Below are positions 20,401 through 28,250 of a stretch of 32,000 bases of DNA, piece after piece. Numbering within the stretch: the first letter of the stretch is position 1; each line of letters begins with the position of its first letter. Both the position numbers and the translations under genes were made by a program. This stretch comes from Microcystis aeruginosa NIES-843 (GTDB taxonomy: Bacteria > Cyanobacteriota > Cyanobacteriia > Cyanobacteriales > Microcystaceae), in assembly GCF_000010625.1 (NCBI RefSeq), contig NC_010296.1, positions 60,001-92,000 of the forward strand, in the 5' to 3' direction. The notes under the pieces are model-generated. The model saw only the letters and a list, made by a program, of their open reading frames with translations, was not told the origin of the DNA and did no database searches.

Positions 20401-22640
20401 GGAGGCGCACTTCCTAAAACAGTAATTTCTATTTGTTTACTGGTTTGTCCTGGGAAAAAGGAGAGGGTTTGTTTGACAACATTGTTAAAATCTTTTAATT
20501 GGTTAGGGTCTATTGAATTGGCACTTCCATCAAGGGTATAGTAATCAACGGTTATGGGTTTATCATAGGTTGAGGATAGTTTAACCTCGAAAATAACCTT
20601 CCCTGCGGGAGCATCAAACCGCGCATTACTGACTGATATCGTTGGTTTAGGTGGAGGATTAGGAGTGGGTGGGAGTGCTGTGTAAGTGGCATCATCATAT
20701 ATATTTGGATATTTTGGATCTATTGGATTTGCTATCCATTGACCATTAATCCAGCTGGATTCAGATGTAGTTGAATCTCCATCTGAATCTATATACCAAA
20801 CTTGGTTCGCAGTATGTCCACTAATAATACTATTTGAACTCCATGTACCCCTATTGTAAATACCACCACCTAAGTTGGCATTATTGTTAGTAAGAATGTT
20901 ATTCGTTAATGTTAATGTACCCCCGTTGTAAATTCCCCCCCCAGCATCAGCAGTATTACCTGTTATTGTACTGTTGGTTATTGTTAATGTTCCCGTAGAG
21001 TTGAAAATTCCCCCTCCAGAACGAGTAGCCGTATTACCAAATATTGTACTGTTGGTTAATGTTAATGTTCCCCCATCGTTGTCAATTCCCCCTCCGTCAT
21101 AAGCAGCCGTATTACCAGATACTGTACTTTCAGTTAATGTTAATGTTCCATAGTTTTCAATTCCCCCTCCAGAACCAGTAGCCGTATTACCAGATATTGT
21201 ACTGTTGGTTAATGTTAATGTTCCCCCATAGTTGTCAATTCCCCCTCCGTCATAAGCAGCCGTATTACCAGATACTGTACTGTCAGTTAATGTTAATGTT
21301 CCATAGTTTTCAATTCCCCCTCCAGAACCAGTAGCCGTATTACCAGATATTGCACTGTCGGTTATTGTTAATGTTCCCGTAGAGTTGTAAATTCCCCCTC
21401 CAGAACCATAATAACCAGTAGCCGTATTACCAGATATTGTACTGTTGGTTAATGTTAATGTTCCCCTTCCCCAGTTGTAAATTCCCCCTCCAGAATAAGT
21501 AGCCGTATTACCTGTTATTGTACTGTTGGTTAACGTTAATGTTCCATCGTTCTCAATTCCCCCTCCAAAATTAGTAGCCGTATTACCTGTTATTGTACTG
21601 TTGGTTAACGTTAATATTCCCCTTCCCCAGTTGTGAATTCCCCCTCCAGTATTACCAGATATTGTACTGTTGGTTAATGTTAATGTTCCATCGTTGTCAA
21701 TTCCCCCTCCATAAGTAGCCGTATTACCTGTTATTGTACTGTTGTTTAATGTTAATGTTCCCCCGTAGTCGTTGTCAATTCCCCTTCCTGCTTTGTTGCT
21801 GATATAGAGATTATTTAATGTAACTCCAAGTTGACTAGAGTTACTTATAATAGAATTATAATCATTCTCCCCAGAGATAGGACTAGCATTATTAACAATA
21901 GAAGCTAGTGCTGTTCCATCAGTTTCAATGGTAATCGTACCATTCGTATTCAAACTGCGATCGCCTGTTGTCGTATTATTAACATAAGTTAAAGCATAAG
22001 TCGTTCCTGATTTCAGCTTAATAATATAGGGAGTATTAGGACTTTTATTAGCAATTGTAACAGCATCCCGCAAAGATAAACCACTCCCAATAGTGGCACT
22101 TCCATCATTCTCATCTATAGTAGTATTGACAATTAAAGTAATTGGTGATGTTTGTTCAACCCCTATAAATTGTCCACCTAAATTAATAACAGAACGATCA
22201 TCTTCTGTTTGAATATAAGTTAACTCAGCCTCAGTTAAATTAACCCCTCTCACCAGATGAGAAAATAATTCTCCCTCATCCCCCACCGTATCCACCCTAT
22301 TAATTTGAGCATCCACATAATGCCCAATTTCTTCTAAAATCACCGCAACCAAAGCATCTAAACTAGCAGAAGCAAAAAAACTTTCAGATAGATATATCTT
22401 ATTGGTGCTAATCCCATAAGCGCCATTTGCACTACCTAAAACACTGCTATTGACAACCTCAATCTCAGGAAGTTGACTAAAATCTCGGCTTTGCCACTGC
22501 TGTCGTAATTCTGTCGCTTTAACCACATCATAACTTGTGCCAAAAGCGGTTTCTAAATTCGCCCAAAAGCCATCAGATTGAGCGAAATCGAACAAAACAT
22601 CGTCAACAGCAGGAAGGAGGGGCAACAGGGTAGAAGTCAT
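17349..22640 (-). CDS. Giant (1763 aa) multidomain RTX-type exoprotein: conserved N-terminal domain, parallel beta-helix (PMP-like) repeats, Calx-beta-like domain, class-3 lipase-like alpha/beta hydrolase, 3 Calx-beta domains, RTX nonapeptides, conserved C-terminal tail
   Basis: About 12 repeats of GGGIxNxGTLTLTNSTISGNTAT lie at nt ~20850-21790. The GHSLGG nucleophile elbow is at aa 936-941 (nt 19818-19835). Calx-beta signatures are present (ITVNYATADDTATAGSDYTATTGTLTFTPGQTS...DETF). RTX repeats are GNAGNNKITGNSGNNQINGRAGIDTLTGGLGADTFIF. No Sec signal peptide is visible. Confidence 0.85.
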   Translation of the reverse strand: MTSTLLPLLPAVDDVLFDFAQSDGFWANLETAFGTSYDVVKATELRQQWQSRDFSQLPEIEVVNSSVLGSANGAYGISTNKIYLSESFFASASLDALVAVILEEIGHYVDAQINRVDTVGDEGELFSHLVRGVNLTEAELTYIQTEDDRSVINLGGQFIGVEQTSPITLIVNTTIDENDGSATIGSGLSLRDAVTIANKSPNTPYIIKLKSGTTYALTYVNNTTTGDRSLNTNGTITIETDGTALASIVNNASPISGENDYNSIISNSSQLGVTLNNLYISNKAGRGIDNDYGGTLTLNNSTITGNTATYGGGIDNDGTLTLTNSTISGNTGGGIHNWGRGILTLTNSTITGNTATNFGGGIENDGTLTLTNSTITGNTATYSGGGIYNWGRGTLTLTNSTISGNTATGYYGSGGGIYNSTGTLTITDSAISGNTATGSGGGIENYGTLTLTDSTVSGNTAAYDGGGIDNYGGTLTLTNSTISGNTATGSGGGIENYGTLTLTESTVSGNTAAYDGGGIDNDGGTLTLTNSTIFGNTATRSGGGIFNSTGTLTITNSTITGNTADAGGGIYNGGTLTLTNNILTNNNANLGGGIYNRGTWSSNSIISGHTANQVWYIDSDGDSTTSESSWINGQWIANPIDPKYPNIYDDATYTALPPTPNPPPKPTISVSNARFDAPAGKVIFEVKLSSTYDKPITVDYYTLDGSANSIDPNQLKDFNNVVKQTLSFFPGQTSKQIEITVLGSAPPTDQTFEILARDTAYRDWTDTDKGKEVDKIYDYSDLGYEGYRINKVFKDSSTGFDAFGLTSDEKFFLVLANPLNANEFTSNSNNLLQDIANTSGGNNTAAYTAGQNLINQLTSANQSYTFTDGTIYDLAKPPVLAIRGTEFSSGKDLLSDTETEGVGYNQFTNNKAAINQWLSEVSNPVSGLTLKPNITGHSLGGALSQWVGGSYTGQLGKIVTFNSPGISQQPGINFNATNNLGVTHYITSADVVSIAGSTYLNGLWNLEKYSKLTSAITFEKHSVPVLNQTITRTNLSKPTDLTRKVANGNTTDLSSYWFTYLPDADYFALQMMIRGLGSLPIPGIGLTGTYLAAALTYRGTTEKVRQAIGIAIDGLGNISDAVTSAYNAAKSWTSDAWDAIIGQSDKKLGLSPSTANQSNSTQTLASSFLDTNSYQIATTATASQTIDNFWDAIPDWGDNAWQATTKWSGDAWNSIDEWTPQTWQATTTWTAADWDKPFFTISNPTIVENNSGTNNLVFKVTLSTTSTQTITVNYATADDTATAGSDYTATTGTLTFTPGQTSQDIIISVNGDTAIEPDETFLINLSNPSNALITDNQGLGTITNDDGDNTSVTLAVSPSSVTEDGTANLVYTFTRTGVTTNALTVNYTLGGTATLNTDYTRTGTNNTVTFAAGSDTATVTIDPTADTNVEDDETVTLNLAPGTGYTIGTATAVTGTITNDDFSKLSINNVTVVEGKDNNAILTVTVNNPNPQPISVNYTTAPINAIANVDYTSKTGTITIAPNTSTATITIPILNDNLNEANETFAINLSNPVNATLSNNKGIVTISDTLTANVTTTLPANVENLRLIGSNNINGTGNAGNNKITGNSGNNQINGRAGIDTLTGGLGADTFIFQFGQSTISTRDRITDFAINSDKIDLLTQAGNATSAPSNFSRAANSTVTTLQNLINQVFTDANGATTGNQGLGVNSAALVQVTTGAIAGTYLVINDSTAGFQSSNDLLINITGFTGTLPALGNIPVGNFFV

Positions 22641-22733
22641 GACGGTAACAGCAGAGGTTTATTGCTAACAGTTTTAGCTCAACAATGGCCAATTTTTCAA
22701 GACCCCTGTAACAGAAATTAACATTTATTCCAA
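22641..22733 (-). promoter_or_regulatory. Leader/promoter module C (upstream of the giant gene)
   Basis: The conserved CTTGAAAAATTGGC box (+ strand 22688-22701) is shared with modules at 24574-24661 and 26073-26170. A possible TTGAAA -35 sits 17 nt from CTAAAA. Confidence 0.4.
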
Positions 22734-22764
22734 GAAAACGGGTTTCTCAAAGAAACCCGTTTTC
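22734..22764. terminator. Perfect palindromic hairpin GAAAACGGGTTTCTCAAAGAAACCCGTTTTC
   Basis: Read directly. It lies between the Rpn fragment stop and leader module C. Confidence 0.6.
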
Positions 22765-22781
22765 TAGATATTAGGATAAGA

Positions 22782-23193
22782 TTATTGGATTCTTGCCAAA
22801 GACTGCCTAAATTCTGCGAGAGAATTAGCGGTAGCTGCTAATTTTAGTAGCTCTTCTAAGATAGTAGGGTTAGTCATTTTGCCGATTATCTCTTCAATTT
22901 CTGAAGAAATCTGTCCAAACCGCACAGTTAAAACTGTTTTTATGGCATCGCGGCTTTTTTGTAACGCGCCAATTTCTTTACCAATTTCTTTACCGCGTTC
23001 TATTCCTCGTAACTCCCCAATTTCCTTGCCAATTTCCTTACCGATTTCCTTACCGCGTTCTATTCCTCGTAACTCCATATTACTCATTAAAGGCATGGTT
23101 CTTTCCTCCTCAAATTGTTTGATTTTACTCTCTAAACTTGACTGCAATTCAGGGGATAAAGTCATCATATTGTCGATGATTTCAAACAGTTTA
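22782..23193 (-). pseudogene. 3' fragment (C-terminal ~135 codons) of an Rpn-family/DUF4351 gene
   Basis: MMTLSPELQSSLESKIKQFEEERTMPLMSNMELRGIERGKEIG... is collinear with residues ~215-339 of the full copies. Homology to them ends after CAGTTTA at 23193. Confidence 0.8.
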
Positions 23194-23218
23194 CTAAGTA
23201 AGGTAGGTATTACCCACC

Positions 23219-24229
23219 CTACTTATTTATGATGATACTAAAAGACTTCCTACACTCCTCAAAAGAATTTACTATAAGTGCGGCTTTTAACATCTCTTCT
23301 AAAACCGAAATAACTGAAGCATCATTGAGACATTGTCCAATATCTCCAGGGATATCGCCTAGTCGGTTTTCCAAAACTTTTTTCACAAAATCACGAGCAT
23401 TTTCTAACGCTCCAATTTCCTTACCAATTTCCTTACCGCGTTCTATTCCTCGTAACTCCCCAATTTCCTCACCAATTTTCCTTCCTCGTAACTCCATATT
23501 ACTCATTAAAGGCATGGTTTTTTCCTCCTCAAATTGTTTAATTTTACTCTCTAAGCTTGACTGCAATTCAGGGGATAAAGTCATCATATTGTCGATGATT
23601 TCAAACAGTTTAATTATCTGTTCCCTCTCGAACTCCTTTTCATATAATCCCCTGATTAACTTCCACTTCCACTGTTCCCGTTGTGGCAGCTTCCCAGTAG
23701 TCGCTTTTGTTTTCAGGTGTGCCATGACTATTATAGCAAAGGGATTGCTACTTGCTTCTAGTTCTGACCAGCTTTCCTCATAGTCCAGTAATTTGACTGT
23801 TGGGAATTTCAGACTCACTTCACAGCCGGCGATAGTATAATTATAGGAATCTGGTCGCCAATTTACTCGTTCATCTCCTAAAATTGCCAGACTGATAACT
23901 GGTTTCTGATACAAATCAAAGGCCCGATAGTTATAAATATACATCCTCTGAGGGAAATTTTCTTCGTATTGACTTTGAATTTCAATATGAATCAAAATCC
24001 AGACTTCTTGTCCCTCAAGTAGCCAAGCCTTATAAAGTTTGTCAGCGAAACGTTTTTTTGTCTTTGCTGAAGCGGTAATCCGTTTGAGTTCTTTTTCCAG
24101 GGATTCGGGAATTTTTGTCCAATCAATTAGTTGGTGAACTTCAGGAAAAAAGAAGCATAAAAACGCTTCAAAATACTCGGTTAATGCTTCTTTCCAGGGT
24201 TCATCATAATTGGCGGTTGTTGGGTTCAT
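23219..24229 (-). CDS. Rpn-family recombination-promoting nuclease/putative transposase (PD-(D/E)XK) with DUF4351-like C-terminus, copy 2
   Basis: 336 aa. It has an N-terminal YDEPWKEAL motif, a FADKLYK...ILIHIEIQS (D...ExQ) core, and a C-terminal repeat plus helical tail. Family assignment is from memory of YhgA/Rpn-like cyanobacterial proteins. Confidence 0.7.
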   Translation of the reverse strand: MNPTTANYDEPWKEALTEYFEAFLCFFFPEVHQLIDWTKIPESLEKELKRITASAKTKKRFADKLYKAWLLEGQEVWILIHIEIQSQYEENFPQRMYIYNYRAFDLYQKPVISLAILGDERVNWRPDSYNYTIAGCEVSLKFPTVKLLDYEESWSELEASSNPFAIIVMAHLKTKATTGKLPQREQWKWKLIRGLYEKEFEREQIIKLFEIIDNMMTLSPELQSSLESKIKQFEEEKTMPLMSNMELRGRKIGEEIGELRGIERGKEIGKEIGALENARDFVKKVLENRLGDIPGDIGQCLNDASVISVLEEMLKAALIVNSFEECRKSFSIIINK

Positions 24230-24573
24230 TTGAGTTGTTTGCTTACTCGTAGGCTGTGAAGCGCGATAGCGTAACGCACCGATTTAATAATAGAGTTGGT
24301 GGTGGTAATCTGGGGATTTTGTGGTAAAAAAGCGGATATTTGTTCGATTCCGTCTTGATTGGGAGAGAGAATAACCGTGGCGACTCCAGGGATTACCCCA
24401 GCTTGGAGACTTTGATAATCGCTAACACCAGCATCGAGGAAAACTACGGTAGCGGTTAAACGCTGATTTCTCGCACTATCCACCCGATTAGCTTGACTCA
24501 AGCCATCAGATTGAGCAAAATTGAACAAAACATCGTCAACAGCAGGAAAGCTCGGCAACAGGGTAGAAGTCAT
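24226..24573 (-). pseudogene. Leader plus truncated DUF4347-domain ORF (stub B), stop overlapping Rpn copy 2 start (ATGA)
   Basis: MTSTLLPSFPAVDDVLFNFAQSDG is followed by ...VVFLDAGVSDYQSLQAGVIPGVATVILSPNQDGIEQISAFLPQNPQITT. The domain breaks off where full-length DUF4347 proteins continue with IHxVSHG. Confidence 0.65.
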
Positions 24574-24661
24574 GACGTTAACTGCAAAGGATTAATGCGA
24601 CTATTTTGTGCAAACAATCGCCAATTTTTCAAGGGGGATATAACAAAAATTAACATTATAC
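24574..24661 (-). promoter_or_regulatory. Leader/promoter module B
   Basis: It contains the CTTGAAAAATTGGC box (+ strand 24620-24633) and is collinear with modules A and C. Confidence 0.4.
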
Positions 24662-24710
24662 AGAAAACGGGTTTCTTTAAGAAACCCGTTTTCTAAGAAA
24701 CCCGTTTTCT
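24662..24710. terminator. Palindromic hairpin AGAAAACGGGTTTCTTTAAGAAACCCGTTTTCT plus a duplicated right arm
   Basis: Read directly. The right arm AAGAAACCCGTTTTCT is repeated at 24695-24710. Confidence 0.6.
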
Positions 24711-25728
24711 AGATATTGATTTTAGCCAAAGACTGCTTAAATTCTGCGAGAGAATTAGCGGTAGCTGCTAATTTAACAATCTCTTGTAATGTAGATAGTA
24801 CCGAAACTTTATTCAGGTATTGTTCCACATCTAAAGGAACTTCACCTAAGCGAGCTTGCAAAACTGTTTTGACAAAATCACGAGCATTTTCTAACGCTCC
24901 AATTTCCTTACCAATTTCCTTACCGCGTTCTATTCCTCGTAACTCCCCAATTTCCTTACCAATTTCCTTACCGCGTTCGATTCCTCGTAACTCCATATTA
25001 CTCATTAAAGGCATGGTTCTTTCCTCCTCAAATTGTTTGATTTTACTCTCTAAACTTGACTGCAATTCAGGGGATAAAGTCATCATATTGTCGATGATTT
25101 CAAACAGTTTAATTATCTGTTCTCTCTCGAACTCCTTTTCATACAATCCCCTGATTAACCTCCACTTCCACTGTTCCCGTTGTGGCAGCTTCCCAGTAGT
25201 CGCTTTTGTTTTCAGGTGTGCCATCACTATTATAGCAAAGGGATTGCTACTTGTTTCTAGTTCTGTCCATCTTTCCTCATAGTCCAGTAATTTAACCGTT
25301 GGGAATTTCAAACTCACTTCACAACCAGCGATAGTATAATTATAGGAATCTGGTCGCCAATTTACTCGTTCATCTCCTAAAATTGCCAGACTGATAACTG
25401 GTTTCTGATACAAATCAAAGGCCCGATAGTTATAAATATACATCCTCTGAGGGAAATTTTCTTCGTATTGACTTTGAATTTCAATATGAATCAAAATCCA
25501 GACTTCTTCACCCCTGAGTAACCAGACTTTATAAAGTTTGTCAGCGAAACGTTTTTTTGTCTTAGCTGAAGCGGTAATCCGTTTGAGTTCTTTTTCCAGG
25601 GATTCGGGAATTTTTGTCCAATCAATTAGTTGGTGAACTTCAGGAAAAAAGAAGCATAAAAACGCTTCAAAATACTCGCTTAATGCTTCTTTCCAGGGTT
25701 CATCATAATTGGCTGTTGTTGGGTTCAT
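24709..25728 (-). CDS. Rpn-family recombination-promoting nuclease/putative transposase with DUF4351-like C-terminus, copy 1
   Basis: 339 aa. The first ~270 aa are nearly identical to copy 2, while the C-terminal ~60 aa diverge. Confidence 0.7.
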   Translation of the reverse strand: MNPTTANYDEPWKEALSEYFEAFLCFFFPEVHQLIDWTKIPESLEKELKRITASAKTKKRFADKLYKVWLLRGEEVWILIHIEIQSQYEENFPQRMYIYNYRAFDLYQKPVISLAILGDERVNWRPDSYNYTIAGCEVSLKFPTVKLLDYEERWTELETSSNPFAIIVMAHLKTKATTGKLPQREQWKWRLIRGLYEKEFEREQIIKLFEIIDNMMTLSPELQSSLESKIKQFEEERTMPLMSNMELRGIERGKEIGKEIGELRGIERGKEIGKEIGALENARDFVKTVLQARLGEVPLDVEQYLNKVSVLSTLQEIVKLAATANSLAEFKQSLAKINI

Positions 25729-25781
25729 TGGAGTTGTCCGCTTACTCTTAGGGGTGAAGCGCGATAGCGTAACGCACCGAT

Positions 25782-26072
25782 TTAATAATAGAGGTGAATG
25801 GTGGTAATCTGGGGATTTTGTGGTAAAAAAGCGGATATTTGTTCGATTCCGTCTTGATTGGGAGAGAGAATAACGGTGGCGACTTCTGGAATTACTCCAG
25901 CTTGGAGACTTTGATAATCGCTAACACCAGCATCGAGGAAAACTACGGTAGCGGTTAAACGCTGATTTCTCGCACTATCCACCCGATTAGCTTGACTCAA
26001 GCCATCAGATTCAGCGAAATCGAATAAAATATCGTCAACAGCAGGAAGAATCGGCAACAGGGGAGAACTCAT
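25782..26072 (-). pseudogene. Leader plus truncated DUF4347-domain ORF (stub A)
   Basis: MSSPLLPILPAVDDILFDFAESDG is followed by the same DUF4347 N-terminal segment as stub B. It ends ...PQITTIHLYY. Confidence 0.65.
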
Positions 26073-26170
26073 GATATTAACTGTAAAGGTTTATTGCTAA
26101 CAGTTTTAGCCCAACAAGCGCCAATTTTTCAAGACTTCCATAACATAAGTTAACATTGATCGGGAAAACT
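26073..26170 (-). promoter_or_regulatory. Leader/promoter module A
   Basis: It contains the CTTGAAAAATTGGC box (+ strand 26120-26133) and is collinear with modules B and C. Confidence 0.4.
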
Positions 26171-26226
26171 GTATTTCTAAATCATCAGTTTTTCTGAATA
26201 TTGTCTCTCAATTCCCCCCTCACAAC

Positions 26227-26730
26227 TTAATCTAATTCATTTGCAGTTTGCAAAACCTCCTCATAAAGTTGATGACTGATGCGAAAATTTGCTTGGCTAA
26301 TTAGAGACTCCATTATCGGTTTAACCTTAGAAACTAATCCTCTATTTTTAGCAATTAAAAGAACTCCTAGAATACCCGTAATTGACAGCCCCAAACGCAC
26401 AGCCTCCCTCCGTCCAAGACGTTCATAAATTAACAATTCATCCGCCTTTAATTCCCAAGCAAGAGCGATTGCTTCTGCTTCGCCAAGATCTAAATTATAT
26501 TCATTCCTCAAACAAGCCACAAGTTCTAAATTAGTGGCTTGTTGAACCTGTATCCATTCCAGAGAAAGCGTCGCTTTAATGCGGATATCTTCCTCAGTTA
26601 AATTGGCCAATTCATTGGCAACTGCTTGGGGAATAATAACATTAGTATAAATATCTTTTAAGATTGACAGATAACCAACAAGAGCAAGACTGCTGAGAGG
26701 AGAAGTATCGCTAATAATGATCATAGCCAA
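26227..26730 (-). CDS. DUF3368-type PIN-like nuclease (putative toxin)
   Basis: IIISDTSPLSSLALVG...LDLGEAEAIALAWELKADELLIYERLGRREA...GILGVLLIAKNRGLV. It overlaps the upstream UPF0175 gene by 10 nt. Confidence 0.75.
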   Translation of the reverse strand: MAMIIISDTSPLSSLALVGYLSILKDIYTNVIIPQAVANELANLTEEDIRIKATLSLEWIQVQQATNLELVACLRNEYNLDLGEAEAIALAWELKADELLIYERLGRREAVRLGLSITGILGVLLIAKNRGLVSKVKPIMESLISQANFRISHQLYEEVLQTANELD

Positions 26731-26987
26731 CCTTTGTTTTTTAAATGCTTAATATCTTCCTGAAACTCAGCAACATCATAATGAATACAAATTCCTCTTT
26801 CAGAAAGCAGCCGTTGAAACTTGATTTGATTAATACCTAATAACTCACTTGCTTTTCCCAAGCTAATCTTATCTTGTTGAAATAACATAATAACAATCTC
26901 TTTTAACAGTTCATCCTCTGATAAACCACTTGCTTTAATCACTTCTTGGGAAATAACTAGACTCATATTTTCTTCGTATTTTGACAA
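26721..26987 (-). CDS. UPF0175-family antitoxin-like protein
   Basis: 88 aa with an HTH-like motif LGKASELLGINQIKFQRLLSERGI. It is the canonical partner of DUF3368 proteins. Confidence 0.75.
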   Translation of the reverse strand: MSKYEENMSLVISQEVIKASGLSEDELLKEIVIMLFQQDKISLGKASELLGINQIKFQRLLSERGICIHYDVAEFQEDIKHLKNKGWL

Positions 26988-27225
26988 GAATTATACAAAT
27001 GTTATCCTATTTTTCGCCGCCTGTCAAGGTGAATTGGTGAGTAATTCCCACCCTACGGTAAAAAGCATTGTCTTTGACCTCACTTCAATCAACAAGCTAT
27101 AATGACAATTTTAGCGGGTCATTGTCAGGGGGATACTTCCCGCGTTAACTTTTCTCTTTCAGCCAAAACCACCCGAAGTAATCTCACCGCTTGTGATGGC
27201 GAAGATGCGATCGCTAACGTCAAAA

Positions 27226-28146
27226 CTAGGCAGTTAAAGTATTTAACCAATTGATTAAATCTTCAACCGTAGAGAAATCGAATAAAGCTTCTCCTAATAC
27301 TTCGACATCATCAATACTTAACTGCATAATTTTAGTTTCTAATGAAGGATTAATCTCCCCTAACTTGCGTTTAAGTTGACGAAGAATCAATGTCTTTTCG
27401 CGTTCAATACCTTGTTCGATACCTTGACGCATCCAACTGGTGGTAATTTGCATAACTCCCTCCTGTACGGGTTGACTAAATGTGCTAATCTCTTGTTGAA
27501 ATTGTATCTCTTCGACCGGATTTAGATTGAGATAAGTATCAATAAATCCAGAAATTAATTGCATTCTCGCCGCATCTAACCTTAAAGTAATTAACAAGCG
27601 CAGACATTCGGCCTTAACTTTTGCTCGCTCTTTCTCGGCAATGTTCATCTTCGCCATCAAAGCTGAAGCAACCGGATTCGGCTGATTGAGAAAATCTCGC
27701 CAATTTAATCGATTTAACTGCACTACTTGATAGTTAAATTCTAAGACCTTAAAATCGGGAAAATCGACCACATATTGACTAATCGCTGCTCTTTTTGGCC
27801 TTGAATAAGAAAAAATTACAATCGGATAAATCGGTAAGACAAATTTCTCATGAAAGCGAGCAAAATAAGTAAACATTCGCCGGTTAAACCACTTTCGGGA
27901 ACTTTCCTGCGCCTCTACATGAATCAGAAAGAAAGATTCTTTTCCTCGAAACTTAACCTGTGCGACTAAATCACTTTCATACCTTTCTCCTTCCGTGACA
28001 TCTGTAAATACTTCTTTGTCTAAAAAAGTAATCGAGTCCCTATCTAAATAATTGATCAATTGAGGGAAAAACAACTCGATAAATTCGACAAAAAAGATGG
28101 AGATTAACTCCTTAAATAAGCGATCATGGTCAATATTATTAGTCAT
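27226..28146 (-). CDS. Divergent Rpn-family PD-(D/E)XK nuclease/putative transposase with DUF4351-like C-terminus
   Basis: HDRLFKELISIFFVEFIELFFPQ..., a D...FLIHVEAQES core, a QGIEQGIERE linker, then LILRQLKRKLGEI...LSIDDVEVLGEALFDFSTVEDLINWL. Confidence 0.7.
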   Translation of the reverse strand: MTNNIDHDRLFKELISIFFVEFIELFFPQLINYLDRDSITFLDKEVFTDVTEGERYESDLVAQVKFRGKESFFLIHVEAQESSRKWFNRRMFTYFARFHEKFVLPIYPIVIFSYSRPKRAAISQYVVDFPDFKVLEFNYQVVQLNRLNWRDFLNQPNPVASALMAKMNIAEKERAKVKAECLRLLITLRLDAARMQLISGFIDTYLNLNPVEEIQFQQEISTFSQPVQEGVMQITTSWMRQGIEQGIEREKTLILRQLKRKLGEINPSLETKIMQLSIDDVEVLGEALFDFSTVEDLINWLNTLTA

Positions 28147-28250
28147 GTAATATCATCTTAACTAATCTGAGTGATGAATGACTACTCTTCTCTATTATAT
28201 TCTGAAAAGTCTGTTTTGGCAGCAGATTGTTATAACCTTACCCCTTTAAC

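Noticed and set aside
22879-25282. Plus-strand ORFs 22879-23232, 23229-23783 and 24716-25282 (117-188 aa).
   Set aside because: They are mirror frames of the Rpn-like genes, with low-complexity PISLPISLPRSIPRNS translations produced by the antisense of the KEIG repeats. The minus-strand frames carry the recognisable nuclease motifs.
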